Source: the human T2T-CHM13v2.0 reference genome, Homo sapiens. From it: a stretch of DNA of 64,000 nucleotides. The notes below the pieces were generated by a model. The model worked only from the letters and a program-made list of their open reading frames with translations. It was not told the DNA's origin and did no database searches. The first letter of the stretch is position 1. Every line of letters starts with the position of its first letter. The DNA lies in the NCBI RefSeq assembly GCF_009914755.1, contig NC_060947.1. One strand, 5' to 3'. The position numbers and the translations under genes are program-made. Positions 1-10,800 of the stretch are shown here, piece by piece.

Positions 1-145
1 AGCCCGCTAAATAGCCACTTGCACATTGTAGAAAAAGTGTGTCAAAGCTGCGCTATCAAAGGGAAAGTTCAACTCTGTGAGGTGAATGCAAACATCCCAA
101 AGAAGTTTCTGAGAATGCTTCCGTTTAGCTTTTAGGTGAAGATTA

Positions 146-162
146 TCCCGTTTCCAACGAAA
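146..162 (-). other. CENP-B box 1 of the HOR (intact; repeated in each unit at +146)
   Basis: tcccgtttccaacgaaa is the reverse complement of TTTCGTTGGAAACGGGA and fits the core nTTCGnnnnAnnCGGGn. Confidence 0.93.
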
Positions 163-281
163 CCTTCAAAGAGGTCCAAATATCCCCTTGCGGATCCCAC
201 AGAAAGAGTGTTTCGAAACTGCTGTTTCAAAAGGAATCTTCAACTCTGTGAGTTGAATGCAATCATCACAAAGAAGTTTCT

Positions 282-467
282 GACAATGCTTCTCTCTCGT
301 CTTTCTGTGAAGATAAAGGAAAAGGCTTTCAGGCCTTTGCCACCACAGGCCTGAAAGCGCTCCAAATGTCCACTTGCAGATTCTGCCAAAAGAATATTTC
401 AAAACTGCTCTATGAAAAGCAATGTTAACCTCTGCGGCTCGAACACAAACATCACAAAGCGGTTTCT
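282..467 (-). repeat. Long 186-bp monomer carrying a net 15-bp insertion in the box region
   Basis: Reads gtgaagata-aaggaaaaggctttcagg-cctttg/tccaccacaggcct, versus gtgaagata-ttt-ccttttccaccacaggcct in the monomer at 1148-1318. Present in every unit. Confidence 0.9.
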
Positions 468-502
468 GAGAATGCTTCAGTTTAGTTTTTCTGTGGAAAT
501 AT

Positions 503-519
503 TCCCGTTTCCAAAGAAA
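503..519 (-). other. Degenerate CENP-B box (constitutive)
   Basis: tcccgtttccaaagaaa: the CGAA half-site is changed to AGAA, so one essential CpG is lost. Confidence 0.8.
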
Positions 520-673
520 TCTTCAAAGAGGTCCACGTATCCACTTACAGATTCTACAAAAAGACAGTTTCAAAACTGCTCCATCAAAAGGAGGGTTCAA
601 CTGTGTGACTTGAATGCAATCATCACTCAGAAGTTTCTGAGAATGCTTCTCTTTAGTTTTTACGTGAACATAT

Positions 674-690
674 ACCCGTTTCGAACGAAG
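674..690 (-). other. CENP-B box 2 of the HOR (variant, core intact)
   Basis: acccgtttcgaacgaag retains CCCG..T....CGAA, i.e. all nine core positions, and has an extra internal CpG. Confidence 0.85.
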
Positions 691-840
691 GCCACCCAGT
701 GGTCCAAATATCCACTTGCAGATTATACAGAAAGAGTGTTTCGAACCTGAACTCTCAAAGGCAGGTTCATCTCTGCGAGTTAAATGCATTCATCATGAAG
801 AACTTTCTCAGCGTGTTTGTGTTTAGTTATGGGAAATTAT

Positions 841-857
841 TCCCGTTTCCAACGAAA
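841..857 (-). other. CENP-B box 3 of the HOR (intact except in unit 6)
   Basis: tcccgtttccaacgaaa matches the canonical box in reverse complement. Confidence 0.93.
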
Positions 858-1353
858 TCCTCAAAGAGCTCCAAATATCCACCTGCAGATTCTACCAAAA
901 GTGTATTTGGAAACTGCTCCATCAAAAGGCATGTTCAGCTCTGTGAGTGAAACTCCATCATCACAAAGAATATTCTGAGAATGCTTCCGTTTGCCTTTTA
1001 TATGAAGTTCCTTCCTATACGACCGTAGGCCTCAAAGCAGTCCAAATCTCCATTTGCAGATTCTACAAAAAGAGTGATTCCAATCTGCTCTATCAATAGG
1101 ATTGTTCAACTCCATGAGTTGAATGCCATCCTCACAAAGTAGTTTCTGAGAATGCTTCTATCTAGTTTTTATGTGAAGATATTTCCTTTTCCACCACAGG
1201 CCTCAAAGCCCTCCAAACGTCCACTTGCAGATTCTCGAAAAAGAGTGTTTCATAGCTGCTCTTTCAAAAGGAAAGTTCACCTCTGGCAGTTGAATACAAA
1301 CATCACAAAGTAGTTTCCGAGAATGCTTCTGTTTAGTTTTTATGTGAAGATGA

Positions 1354-1370
1354 TCCCGTTTCCAGTGAAA
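1354..1370 (-). other. Degenerate CENP-B box (constitutive)
   Basis: tcccgtttccagtgaaa: CGAA is changed to TGAA. Confidence 0.78.
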
Positions 1371-1524
1371 TCTTCAAAGAGGTCCACATATCCCCTTGCA
1401 GATTCCAAAGAAAGAGGGTTTCAAAACTGCTCCATCAGAAGGATTGTTCAACTCTGTGAGTTGAATGCAGTCATCGCAGAAAACTTTCTGAGAATGCTTC
1501 TGTCTAGGTTTGATGTGAAGATAT

Positions 1525-1541
1525 AGACGTTTCAAACGAAG
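1525..1541 (-). other. Degenerate CENP-B box (constitutive)
   Basis: agacgtttcaaacgaag: CCCG is changed to GACG. It is the pentamer paralog of intact box 2. Confidence 0.72.
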
Positions 1542-1691
1542 GCTACAAAGTGGTCAAAATATACACTTGCAGATTCTACTACAAGGGTGTTGCAAACCTG
1601 AACTATCAAAGGAAGGTTCAACTCTGTGAGTTGAATGCAAACATCACAAAGAATGTTCTGAGTTTGCTTCCGTTCAGTTATGGGAAGTTGA

Positions 1692-1708
1692 TCCCGTTTC
1701 CAACGAAA
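1692..1708 (-). other. CENP-B box 4 of the HOR (intact in most units; mutated in units 13, 15, 25, 27, 29, 31)
   Basis: tcccgtttccaacgaaa here; tcccgtttccaaagaaa in the variant units. Confidence 0.93.
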
Positions 1709-4700
1709 TCCTCAGAGAGGTCCAAATATCCCCTTGCAGATTCTACAAAACGTGTGTTTGGAAACTGCTCCATCATAACGAATGTTCAGCTCCCTGAGTT
1801 AAACTCCATCGTCACAAAGAATTTTCTGAGAGTGCTACCGTCTGGTTTTTATATGAAGTTCTTTCCTTCACTACCACAGGCCTCAAAGCGGTCCAAATCT
1901 CCACTTGCAGATTCTACAAAAAGAGTGTTTGCAAACTGCTCTATCAAAAGGAATGTTCAACTCTGGGAGTTGAATGCAATCATCACAGAGCAGTTTCTGA
2001 GAATGCTTCTATGTCGTTTTTAGGAGAAGATATTTCCTTTTCCAACACAATCCTCCAAGCCCGCTAAATAGCCACTTGCACATTGTAGAAAAAGTGTGTC
2101 AAAGCTGCGCTATCAAAGGGAAAGTTCAACTCTGTGAGGTGAATGCAAACATCCCAAAGAAGTTTCTGAGAATGCTTCCGTTTAGCTTTTAGGTGAAGAT
2201 TATCCCGTTTCCAACGAAACCTTCAAAGAGGTCCAAATATCCCCTTGCGGATCCCACAGAAAGAGTGTTTCGAAACTGCTGTTTCAAAAGGAATCTTCAA
2301 CTCTGTGAGTTGAATGCAATCATCACAAAGAAGTTTCTGACAATGCTTCTCTCTCGTCTTTCTGTGAAGATAAAGGAAAAGGCTTTCAGGCCTTTGCCAC
2401 CACAGGCCTGAAAGCGCTCCAAATGTCCACTTGCAGATTCTGCCAAAAGAATATTTCAAAACTGCTCTATGAAAAGCAATGTTAAACTCTGTGGCTGGAA
2501 CACAAACATCACAAAGCGGTTTCTGAGAATGTTTCAGTTTAGTTTTTCTGTGGAAATATTCCCGTTTCCAAAGAAATCTTCAAAGAGGTCCACGTATCCA
2601 CTTACAGATTCTACAAAAAGACAGTTTCAAAACTGCTCCATCAAAAGGAGGGTTCAACTGTGTGACTTGAATGCAATCATCACTCAGAAGTTTCTGAGAA
2701 TGCTTCTCTTTAGTTTTTACGTGAACATATACCCGTTTCGAACGAAGGCCACCCAGTGGTCCAAATATCCACTTGCAGATTATACAGAAAGAGTGTTTCG
2801 AACCTGAACTCTCAAAGGCAGGTTCATCTCTGCGAGTTAAATGCATTCATCATGAAGAACTTTCTCAGAGTGTTTGTGTTTAGTTATGGGAAATTATTCC
2901 CGTTTCCAACGAAATCCTCAGAGAGCTCCAAATATCCACCTGCAGATTCTACCAAAAGTGTATTTGGAAACTGCTCCATCAAAAGGCATGTTCAGCTCTG
3001 TCAGTGAAACTCCATCATCACAAAGAATATTCTGAGAATGCTTCCGTTTGCCTTTTATATGAAGTTCCTTCCTGTACTACCGTAGGCCTCAAAGCAGTCC
3101 AAATCTCCATTTGCAGATTCTACAAAAAGAGTGATTCCAATCTGCTCTATCAATAGGATTGTTCAACTCCATGAGTTGAATGCCATCCTCACAAAGTCGT
3201 TTCTGAGAATGCTTCTATCTGGTTTTTGTGTGAAGATATTTCCTTTTCCACCACAGGCCTCAAAGCCCTCCAAACGTCCACTTGCAGATTCTCGAAAAAG
3301 AGTGTTTCATAGCTGCTCTTTCAAAAGGAAAGTTCAACTCTGGGAGTTGAATGCAAACATCACAAAATAGTTTCCGAGAATGCTTCTGTTTAGTTTTTAT
3401 GTGAAGATGATCCCGTTTCCAGTGAAATCTTCAAAGAGGTCCACATATCCCCTTGCAGATTCCAAAGAAAGAGGGTTTCAAAACTGCTCCATCAGAAGGA
3501 TTGTTCAACTCTGTGAGTTGAATGCAGTCATCGCAGAAAACTTTCTGAGAATGCTTCTGTCTAGGTTTGATGTGAAGATATAGACGTTTCAAACGAAGGC
3601 TACAAAGTGGTCAAAATATACACTTGCAGATTCTACTACAAGGGTGTTGCAAACCTGAACTATCAAAGGAAGGTTCAACTCTGTGAGTTGAATACAAACA
3701 TCACAAAGAATGTTCTGAGTTTGCTTCCGTTCAGTTATGGGAAGTTGATCCCGTTTCCAACGAAATCCTCAGAGAGGTCCAAATATCCCCTCGCAGATTC
3801 TACAAAACGTGTGTTTGGAAACTGCTCCATCATAACGAATGTTCAGCTCCCTGAGTTAAACTCCATCGTCACAAAGAATTTTCTGAGAGTGCTACCGTCT
3901 GGTTTTTATATGAAGTTCTTTCCTTCACTACCACAGGCCTCAAAGCGGTCCAAATCTCCACTTGCAGATTCTACAAAAAGAGTGTTTGCAAACTGCTCTA
4001 TCAAAAGGAATGTTCAACTCTGGGAGTTGAATGCAATCATCACAGAGCAGTTTCTGAGAATGCTTCTATGTCGTTTTTAGGAGAAGATATTTCCTTTTCC
4101 AACACAGTCCTCCAAGCCCGCTAAATAGCCACTTGCACATTGTAGAAAAAGTGTGTCAAAGCTGCGCTATCAAAGGGAAAGTTCAACTCTGTGAGGTGAA
4201 TGCAAACATCCCAAAGAAGTTTCTGAGAATGCTTCCGTTTAGCTTTTAGGTGAAGATTATCCCGTTTCCAACGAAACCTTCAAAGAGGTCCAAATATCCC
4301 CTTGCGGATCCCACAGAAAGAGTGTTTCAAAACTGCTGTTTCAAAAGGAATCTTCAACTCTGTGAGTTGAATGCAATCATCACAAAGAAGTTTCTGACAA
4401 TGCTTCTCTCTCGTCTTTCTGTGAAGATAAAGGAAAAGGCTTTCAGGCCTTTGCCACCACAGGCCTGAAAGCGCTCCAAATGTCCACTTGCAGATTCTGC
4501 GAAAAGAATATTTCAAAACTGCTCTATGAAAAGCAATGTTAAACTCTGTGGCTGGAACACAAACATCACAAAGCGGTTTCTGAGAATGTTTCAGTTTAGT
4601 TTTTCTGTGGAAATATTCCCGTTTCCAAAGAAATCTTCAAAGAGGTCCACGTATCCACTTACAGATTCTACAAAAAGACAGTTTCAAAACTGCTCCATCA

Positions 4701-6171
4701 AAAGGAGGGTTCAACTGTGTGACTTGAATGCAATCATCACTCAGAAGTTTCTGAGAATGCTTCTCTTTAGTTTTTACGTGAACATATACCCGTTTCGAAC
4801 GAAGGCCACCCAGTGGTCCAAATATCCACTTGCAGATTCTACAGAAAGAGTGTTTCGAACCTGAACTCTCAAAGGCAGGTTCATCTCTGCGAGTTAAATG
4901 CATTCGTCATGAAGAACTTTCTCAGAGTGTTTGTGTTTAGTTATGGGAAATTATTCCCGTTTCCAACGAAATCCTCAGAGAGCTCCAAATATCCACCTGC
5001 AGATTCTACCAAAAGTGTATTTGGAAACTGCTCCATCAAAAGGCATGTTCAGCTCTGTGAGTGAAACTCCATCATCACAAAGAATATTCTGAGAATGCTT
5101 CCGTTTGCCTTTTATCTGAAGTTCCTTCCTGTACTACCGTAGGCCTCAAAGCAGTCCAAATCTCCATTTGCAGATTCTATAAAAAGAGTGATTCCAATCT
5201 GCTCTATCAATAGGATTGTTCAACTCCATGAGTTGAATGCCATCCTCACAAAGTAGTTTCTGAGAATGCTTCTATCTGGTTTTTGTGTGAAGATATTTCC
5301 TTTTCCACCACAGGCCTCAAAGCCCTCCAAACGTCCACTTGCAGATTCTCGAAAAAGAGTGTTTCATAGCTGCTCTTTCAAAAGGAAAGTTCAACTCTGG
5401 GAGTTGAATGCAAACATCACAAAATAGTTTCCGAGAATGCTTCTGTTTAGTTTTTATGTGAAGATGATCCCGTTTCCAGTGAAATCTTCAAAGAGGTCCA
5501 CATATCCCCTTGCAGATTCCAAAGAAAGAGGGTTTCAAAACTGCTCCATCAGAAGGATTGTTCAACTCTGTGAGTTGAATGCAGTCATCGCAGAAAACTT
5601 TCTGAGAATGCTTCTGTCTAGGTTTGGTGTGAAGATATAGATGTTTTAAACGAAGGCTACAAAGTGGTCAAAATATACACTTGCAGATTCTACTACAAGG
5701 GTGTTGCAAACCTGAACTATCAAAGGAAGGTTCAACTCTGTGAGTTGAATACAAACATCACAAAGAATGTTCTGAGTTTGCTTCCGTTCAGTTATGGGAA
5801 GTTGATCCCGTTTCCAACGAAATCCTCAGAGAGGTCCAAATATCCCCTTGCAGATTCTACAAAACGTGTGTTTGGAAACTGCTCCATCATAACGAATGTT
5901 CAGCTCCCTGAGTTAAACTCCATCGTCACAAAGAATTTTCTGAGAGTGCTACCGTCTGGTTTTTATATGAAGTTCTTTCCTTCACTACCACAGGCCTCAA
6001 AGCGGTCCAAATCTCCACTTGCAGATTCTACAAAAAGAGTGTTTGCAAACTGCTCTATCAAAAGGAATGTTCAACTCTGGGAGTTGAATGCAATCATCAC
6101 AGAGCAGTTTCTGAGAATGCTTCTATGTCGTTTTTAGGAGAAGATATTTCCTTTTCCAACACAGTCCCCCA

Positions 6172-7886
6172 AGCCCGCTAAATAGCCACTTGCACATTGT
6201 AGAAAAAGTGTGTCAAAGCTGCGCTATCAAAGGGAAAGTTCAACTCTGTGAGGTGAATGCAAACATCCCAAAGAAGTTTCTGAGAATGCTTCCGTTTAGC
6301 TTTTAGGTGAAGATTATCCCGTTTCCAACGAAACCTTCAAAGAGGTCCAAATATCCCCTTGCGGATCCCACAGAAAGAGTGTTTCGAAACTGCTGTTTCA
6401 AAAGGAATCTTCAACTCTGTGAGTTGAATGCAATCATCACAAAGAAGTTTCTGACAATGCTTCTCTCTCGTCTTTCTGTGAAGATAAAGGAAAAGGCTTT
6501 CAGGCCTTTGCCACCACAGGCCTGAAAGCGGTCCAAATGTCCACTTGCAGATTCTGCCAAAAGAATATTTCAAAACTGCTCTATGAAAAGCAATGTTAAA
6601 CTCTGCGGCTCGAACACAAACATCACAAAGCGGTTTCTGAGAATGCTTCAGTTTAGTTTTTCTGTGGAAATATTCCCGTTTCCAAAGAAATCTTCAAAGA
6701 GGTCCACGTATCCACTTACAGATTCTACAAAAAGACAGTTTCAAAACTGCTCCATCAAAAGGAGGGTTCAACTGTGTGACTTCAATGCAATCATCACTCA
6801 GAAGTTTCTGAGAATGCTTCTCTTTAGTTTTTACGTGAACATATACCCGTTTCGAACGAAGGCCACCCAGTGGTCCAAATATCCACTTGCAGATTCTACA
6901 GAAAGAGTGTTTCGAACCTGAACTCTCAAAGGCAGGTTCATCTCTGCGAGTTAAATGCATTCATCATGAAGAACTTTCTCAGCGTGTTTGTGTTTAGTTA
7001 TGGGAAATTATTCCCGTTTCCAACGAAATCCTCAAAGAGCTCCAAATATCCACCTGCAGATTCTACCAAAAGTGTATTTGGAAACTGCTCCATCAAAAGG
7101 CATGTTCAGCTCTGTGAGTGAAACTCCATCATCACAAAGAATATTCCGAGAATGCTTCTGTTTAGTTTTTATGTGAAGATGATCCCGTTTCCAGTGAAAT
7201 CTTCAAAGAGGTCCACATATCCCCTTGCAGATTCCAAAGAAAGAGGGTTTAAAAACTGCTCCATCAGAAGGATTGTTCAACTCTGTGAGTTGAATGCAGT
7301 CATCGCAGAAAACTTTCTGAGAATGCTTCTGTCTAGGTTTGATGTGAAGATATAGACGTTTCAAACGAAGGCTACAAAGTGGTCAAAATATACACTTGCA
7401 GATTCTACTACAAGGGTGTTGCAAACCTGAACTATCAAAGGAAGGTTCAACTCTGTGAGTTGAATACAAACATCACAAAGAATGTTCTGAGTTTGCTTCC
7501 GTTCAGTTATGGGAAGTTGATCCCGTTTCCAACGAAATCCTCAGAGAGGTCCAAATATCCCCTCGCAGATTCTACAAAACGTGTGTTTGGAAACTGCTCC
7601 ATCATAACGAATGTTCAGCTCCCTGAGTTAAACTCCATCGTCACAAAGAATTTTCTGAGAGTGCTACCGTCTGGTTTTTATATGAAGTTCTTTCCTTCAC
7701 TACGACAGGCCTCAAAGCGGTCCAAATCTCCACTTGCAGATTCTACAAAAAGAGTGTTTGCAAACTGCTCTATCAAAAGGAATGTTCAACTCTGGGAGTT
7801 GAATGCAATCATCACAGAGCAGTTTCTGAGAATGCTTCTATGTCGTTTTTAGGAGAAGATATTTCCTTTTCCAACACAGTCCTCCA
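6172..7886 (-). repeat. 10-monomer structural variant HOR (1715 bp; 342-bp deletion)
   Basis: ORF spacing 6307 to 8022 is 1715 = 2057 - 342. The junction ...acaaagaatattccgagaatgcttctg... at 7143-7147 fuses relative position 975 to 1318. Confidence 0.95.
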
Positions 7887-10800
7887 AGCCCGCTAAATAG
7901 CCACTTGCACATTGTAGAAAAAGTGTGTCAAAGCTGCGCTATCAAAGGGAAAGTTCAACTCTGTGAGGTGAATGCAAACATCCCAAAGAAGTTTCTGAGA
8001 ATGCTTCCGTTTAGCTTTTAGGTGAAGATTATCCCGTTTCCAACGAAACCTTCAAAGAGGTCCAAATATCCCCTTGCGGATCCCACAGAAAGAGTGTTTC
8101 AAAACTGCTGTTTCAAAAGGAATCTTCAACTCTGTGAGTTGAATGCAATCATCACAAAGAAGTTTCTGACAATGCTTCTCTCTCGTCTTTCTGTGAAGAT
8201 AAAGGAAAAGGCTTTCAGGCCTTTTCCACCACAAGCCTGAAAGCGCTCCAAATGTCCACTTGCAGATTCTGCGAAAAGAATATTTCAAAACTGCTCTATG
8301 AAAAGCAATGTTAAACTCTGTGGCTGGAACACAAACATCACAAAGCGGTTTCTGAGAATGTTTCAGTTTAGTTTTTCTGTGGAAATATTCCCGTTTCCAA
8401 AGAAATCTTCAAAGAGGTCCACGTATCCACTTACAGATTCTACAAAAAGACAGTTTCAAAACTGCTCCATCAAAAGGAGGGTTCAACTGTGTGACTTGAA
8501 TGCAATCATCACTCAGAAGTTTCTGAGAATGCTTCTCTTTAGTTTTTACGTGAACATATACCCGTTTCGAACGAAGGCCACCCAGTGGTCCAAATATCCA
8601 CTTGCAGATTCTACAGAAAGAGTGTTTCGAACCTGAACTCTCAAAGGCAGGTTCATCTCTGCGAGTTAAATGCATTCATCATGAAGAACTTTCTCAGAGT
8701 GTTTGTGCTTAGTTATGGGAAATTATTCCCGTTTCCAACGAAATCCTCAGAGTGGTCCAAATATCCACCTGCAGATTCTACCAAAAGTGTATTTGGAAAC
8801 TGCTCCATCAAAAGGCATGTTCAGCTCTGTGAGTGAAACTCCATCATCACAAAGAATATTCTGAGAATGCTTCCGTTTGCCTTTTATCTGAAGTTCCTTC
8901 CTATACGACCGTAGGCCTCAAAGCAGTCCAAATCTCCATTTGCAGATTCTACAAAAAGAGTGATTCCAATCTGCTCTATCAATAGGATTGTTCAACTCCA
9001 TGAGTTGAATGCCATCCTCACAAAGTCGTTTCTGAGAATGCTTCTATCTAGTTTTTATGTGAAGATATTTCCTTTTCCACCACAGGCCTCAAAGCCCTCC
9101 AAACGTCCACTTGCAGATTCTCGAAAAAGAGTGTTTTATAGCTGCTCTTTCAAAAGGAAAGTTCAACTCTGGGAGTTGAATACAAACATCACAAAGTAGT
9201 TTCCGAGAATGCTTCTGTTTAGTTTTTATGTGAAGATGATCCCGTTTCCAGTGAAATCTTCAAAGAGGTCCACATATCCCCTTGCAGATTCCAAAGAAAG
9301 AGGGTTTCAAAACTGCTCCATCAGAAGGATTGTTCAACTCTGTGAGTTGAATGCAGTCATCGCAGAAAACTTTCTGAGAATGCTTCTGTCTAGGTTTGAT
9401 GTGAAGATATAGATGTTTCAACCGAAGGCTACAAAGTGGTCAAAATATACACTTGCAGATTCTACTACAAGGGTGTTGCAAACCTGAACTATCAAAGGAA
9501 GGTTCAACTCTGTGAGTTGAATACAAACATCACAAAGAATGTTCTGAGTTTGCTTCCGTTCAGTTATGGGAAGTTGATCCCGTTTCCAACGAAATCCTCA
9601 GAGAGGTCCAAATATCCCCTCGCAGATTCTACAAAACGTGTGTTTGGAAACTGCTCCATCATAACGAATGTTCAGCTCCCTGAGTTAAACTCCATCGTCA
9701 CAAAGAATTTTCTGAGAGTGCTACCGTCTGGTTTTTATATGAAGTTCTTTCCTTCACTACCACAGGCCTCAAAGCGGTCCAAATCTCCACTTGCAGATTC
9801 TACAAAAAGAGTGTTTGCAAACTGCTCTATCAAAAGGAATGTTCAACTCTGGGAGTTGAATGCAATCATCACAGAGCAGTTTCTGAGAATGCTTCTATGT
9901 CGTTTTTAGGAGAAGATATTTCCTTTTCCAACACAGTCCTCCAAGCCCGCTAAATAGCCACTTGCACATTGTAGAAAAAGTGTGTCAAAGCTGCGCTATC
10001 AAAGGGAAAGTTCAACTCTGTGAGGTGAATGCAAACATCCCAAAGAAGTTTCTGAGAATGCTTCCGTTTAGCTTTTAGGTGAGGATTATCCCGTTTCCAA
10101 CGAAACCTTCAAAGAGGTCCAAATATCCCCTTGCGGATCCCACAGAAAGAGTGTTTCGAAACTGCTGTTTCAAAAGGTATCTTCAACTCTGTGAGTTGAA
10201 TGCAATCATCACAAAGAAGTTTCTGACAATGCTTCTCTCTCGTCTTTCTGTGAAGATAAAGGAAAAGGCTTTCAGGCCTTTTCCACCACAGGCCTGAAAG
10301 CGCTCCAAATGTCCACTTGCAGATTCTGCGAAAAGAATATTTCAAAACTGCTCTATGAAAAGCAATGTTAAACTCTGTGGCTCGAACACAAACATCACAA
10401 AGCAGTTTCTGAGAATGCTTCAGTTTAGTTTTTCTGTGGAAATATTCCCGTTTCCAAAGAAATCTTCAAAGAGGTCCACGTATCCACTTACAGATTCTAC
10501 AAAAAGACAGTTTCAAAACTGCTCCATCAAAAGGAGGGTTCAACTGTGTGACTTGAATGCAATCATCACTCAGAAGTTTCTGAGAATGCTTCTCTTTAGT
10601 TTTTACGTGAACATATACCCGTTTCGAACGAAGGCCACCCAGTGGTCCAAATATCCACTTGCAGATTCTACAGAAAGAGTGTTTCGAACCTGAACTCTCA
10701 AAGGCAGGTTCATCTCTGCGAGTTAAATGCATTCATCATGAAGAACTTTCTCAGAGTATTTGTGTTTAGTTATGGGAAATTATTCCCTTTTCCAAAGAAA

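Larger units (their letters stand above)
468..1318 (-). repeat. Ancestral pentamer block I within the HOR
   Basis: Monomer lengths 171/170/168/171/171 are mirrored by block II (171/170/168/171/169). Position-matched monomers share diagnostic strings, e.g. gttatgggaa...tcccgtttccaacgaaatcctc at ~826 and ~1677. Confidence 0.85.
1..2057 (-). repeat. Canonical 12-monomer HOR unit (unit 1, reference for relative coordinates)
   Basis: The conserved gagaatgctt anchor (or its variant) falls at 111, 282, 468, 639, 809, 977, 1148, 1319, 1490, 1660, 1828, 1999 and 2168. This gives monomer lengths 171, 186, 171, 170, 168, 171, 171, 171, 170, 168, 171, 169, which sum to 2057. Confidence 0.95.
1319..2167 (-). 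repeat. Ancestral pentamer block II within the HOR
   Basis: Monomer-by-monomer similarity to 468-1318 at an offset of ~851 bp, e.g. gaaatcttcaaagaggtccac at ~516 and ~1367. Confidence 0.85.

Noticed and set aside
211-218. Short palindromes such as tttcgaaa, aggcct and gaatattc
   Set aside because: Palindromes of 6-8 bp are expected by chance in 2 kb of AT-rich sequence.
318-358. Hairpin resembling an intrinsic terminator or structured RNA gene
   Set aside because: The context is eukaryotic satellite, with no upstream gene and no following U-tract. Kept only as a DNA inverted-repeat finding.
6988-7176. Unique 62-aa ORF found only once in the window
   Set aside because: It is a by-product of the 342-bp deletion junction extending a short frame past the length threshold.
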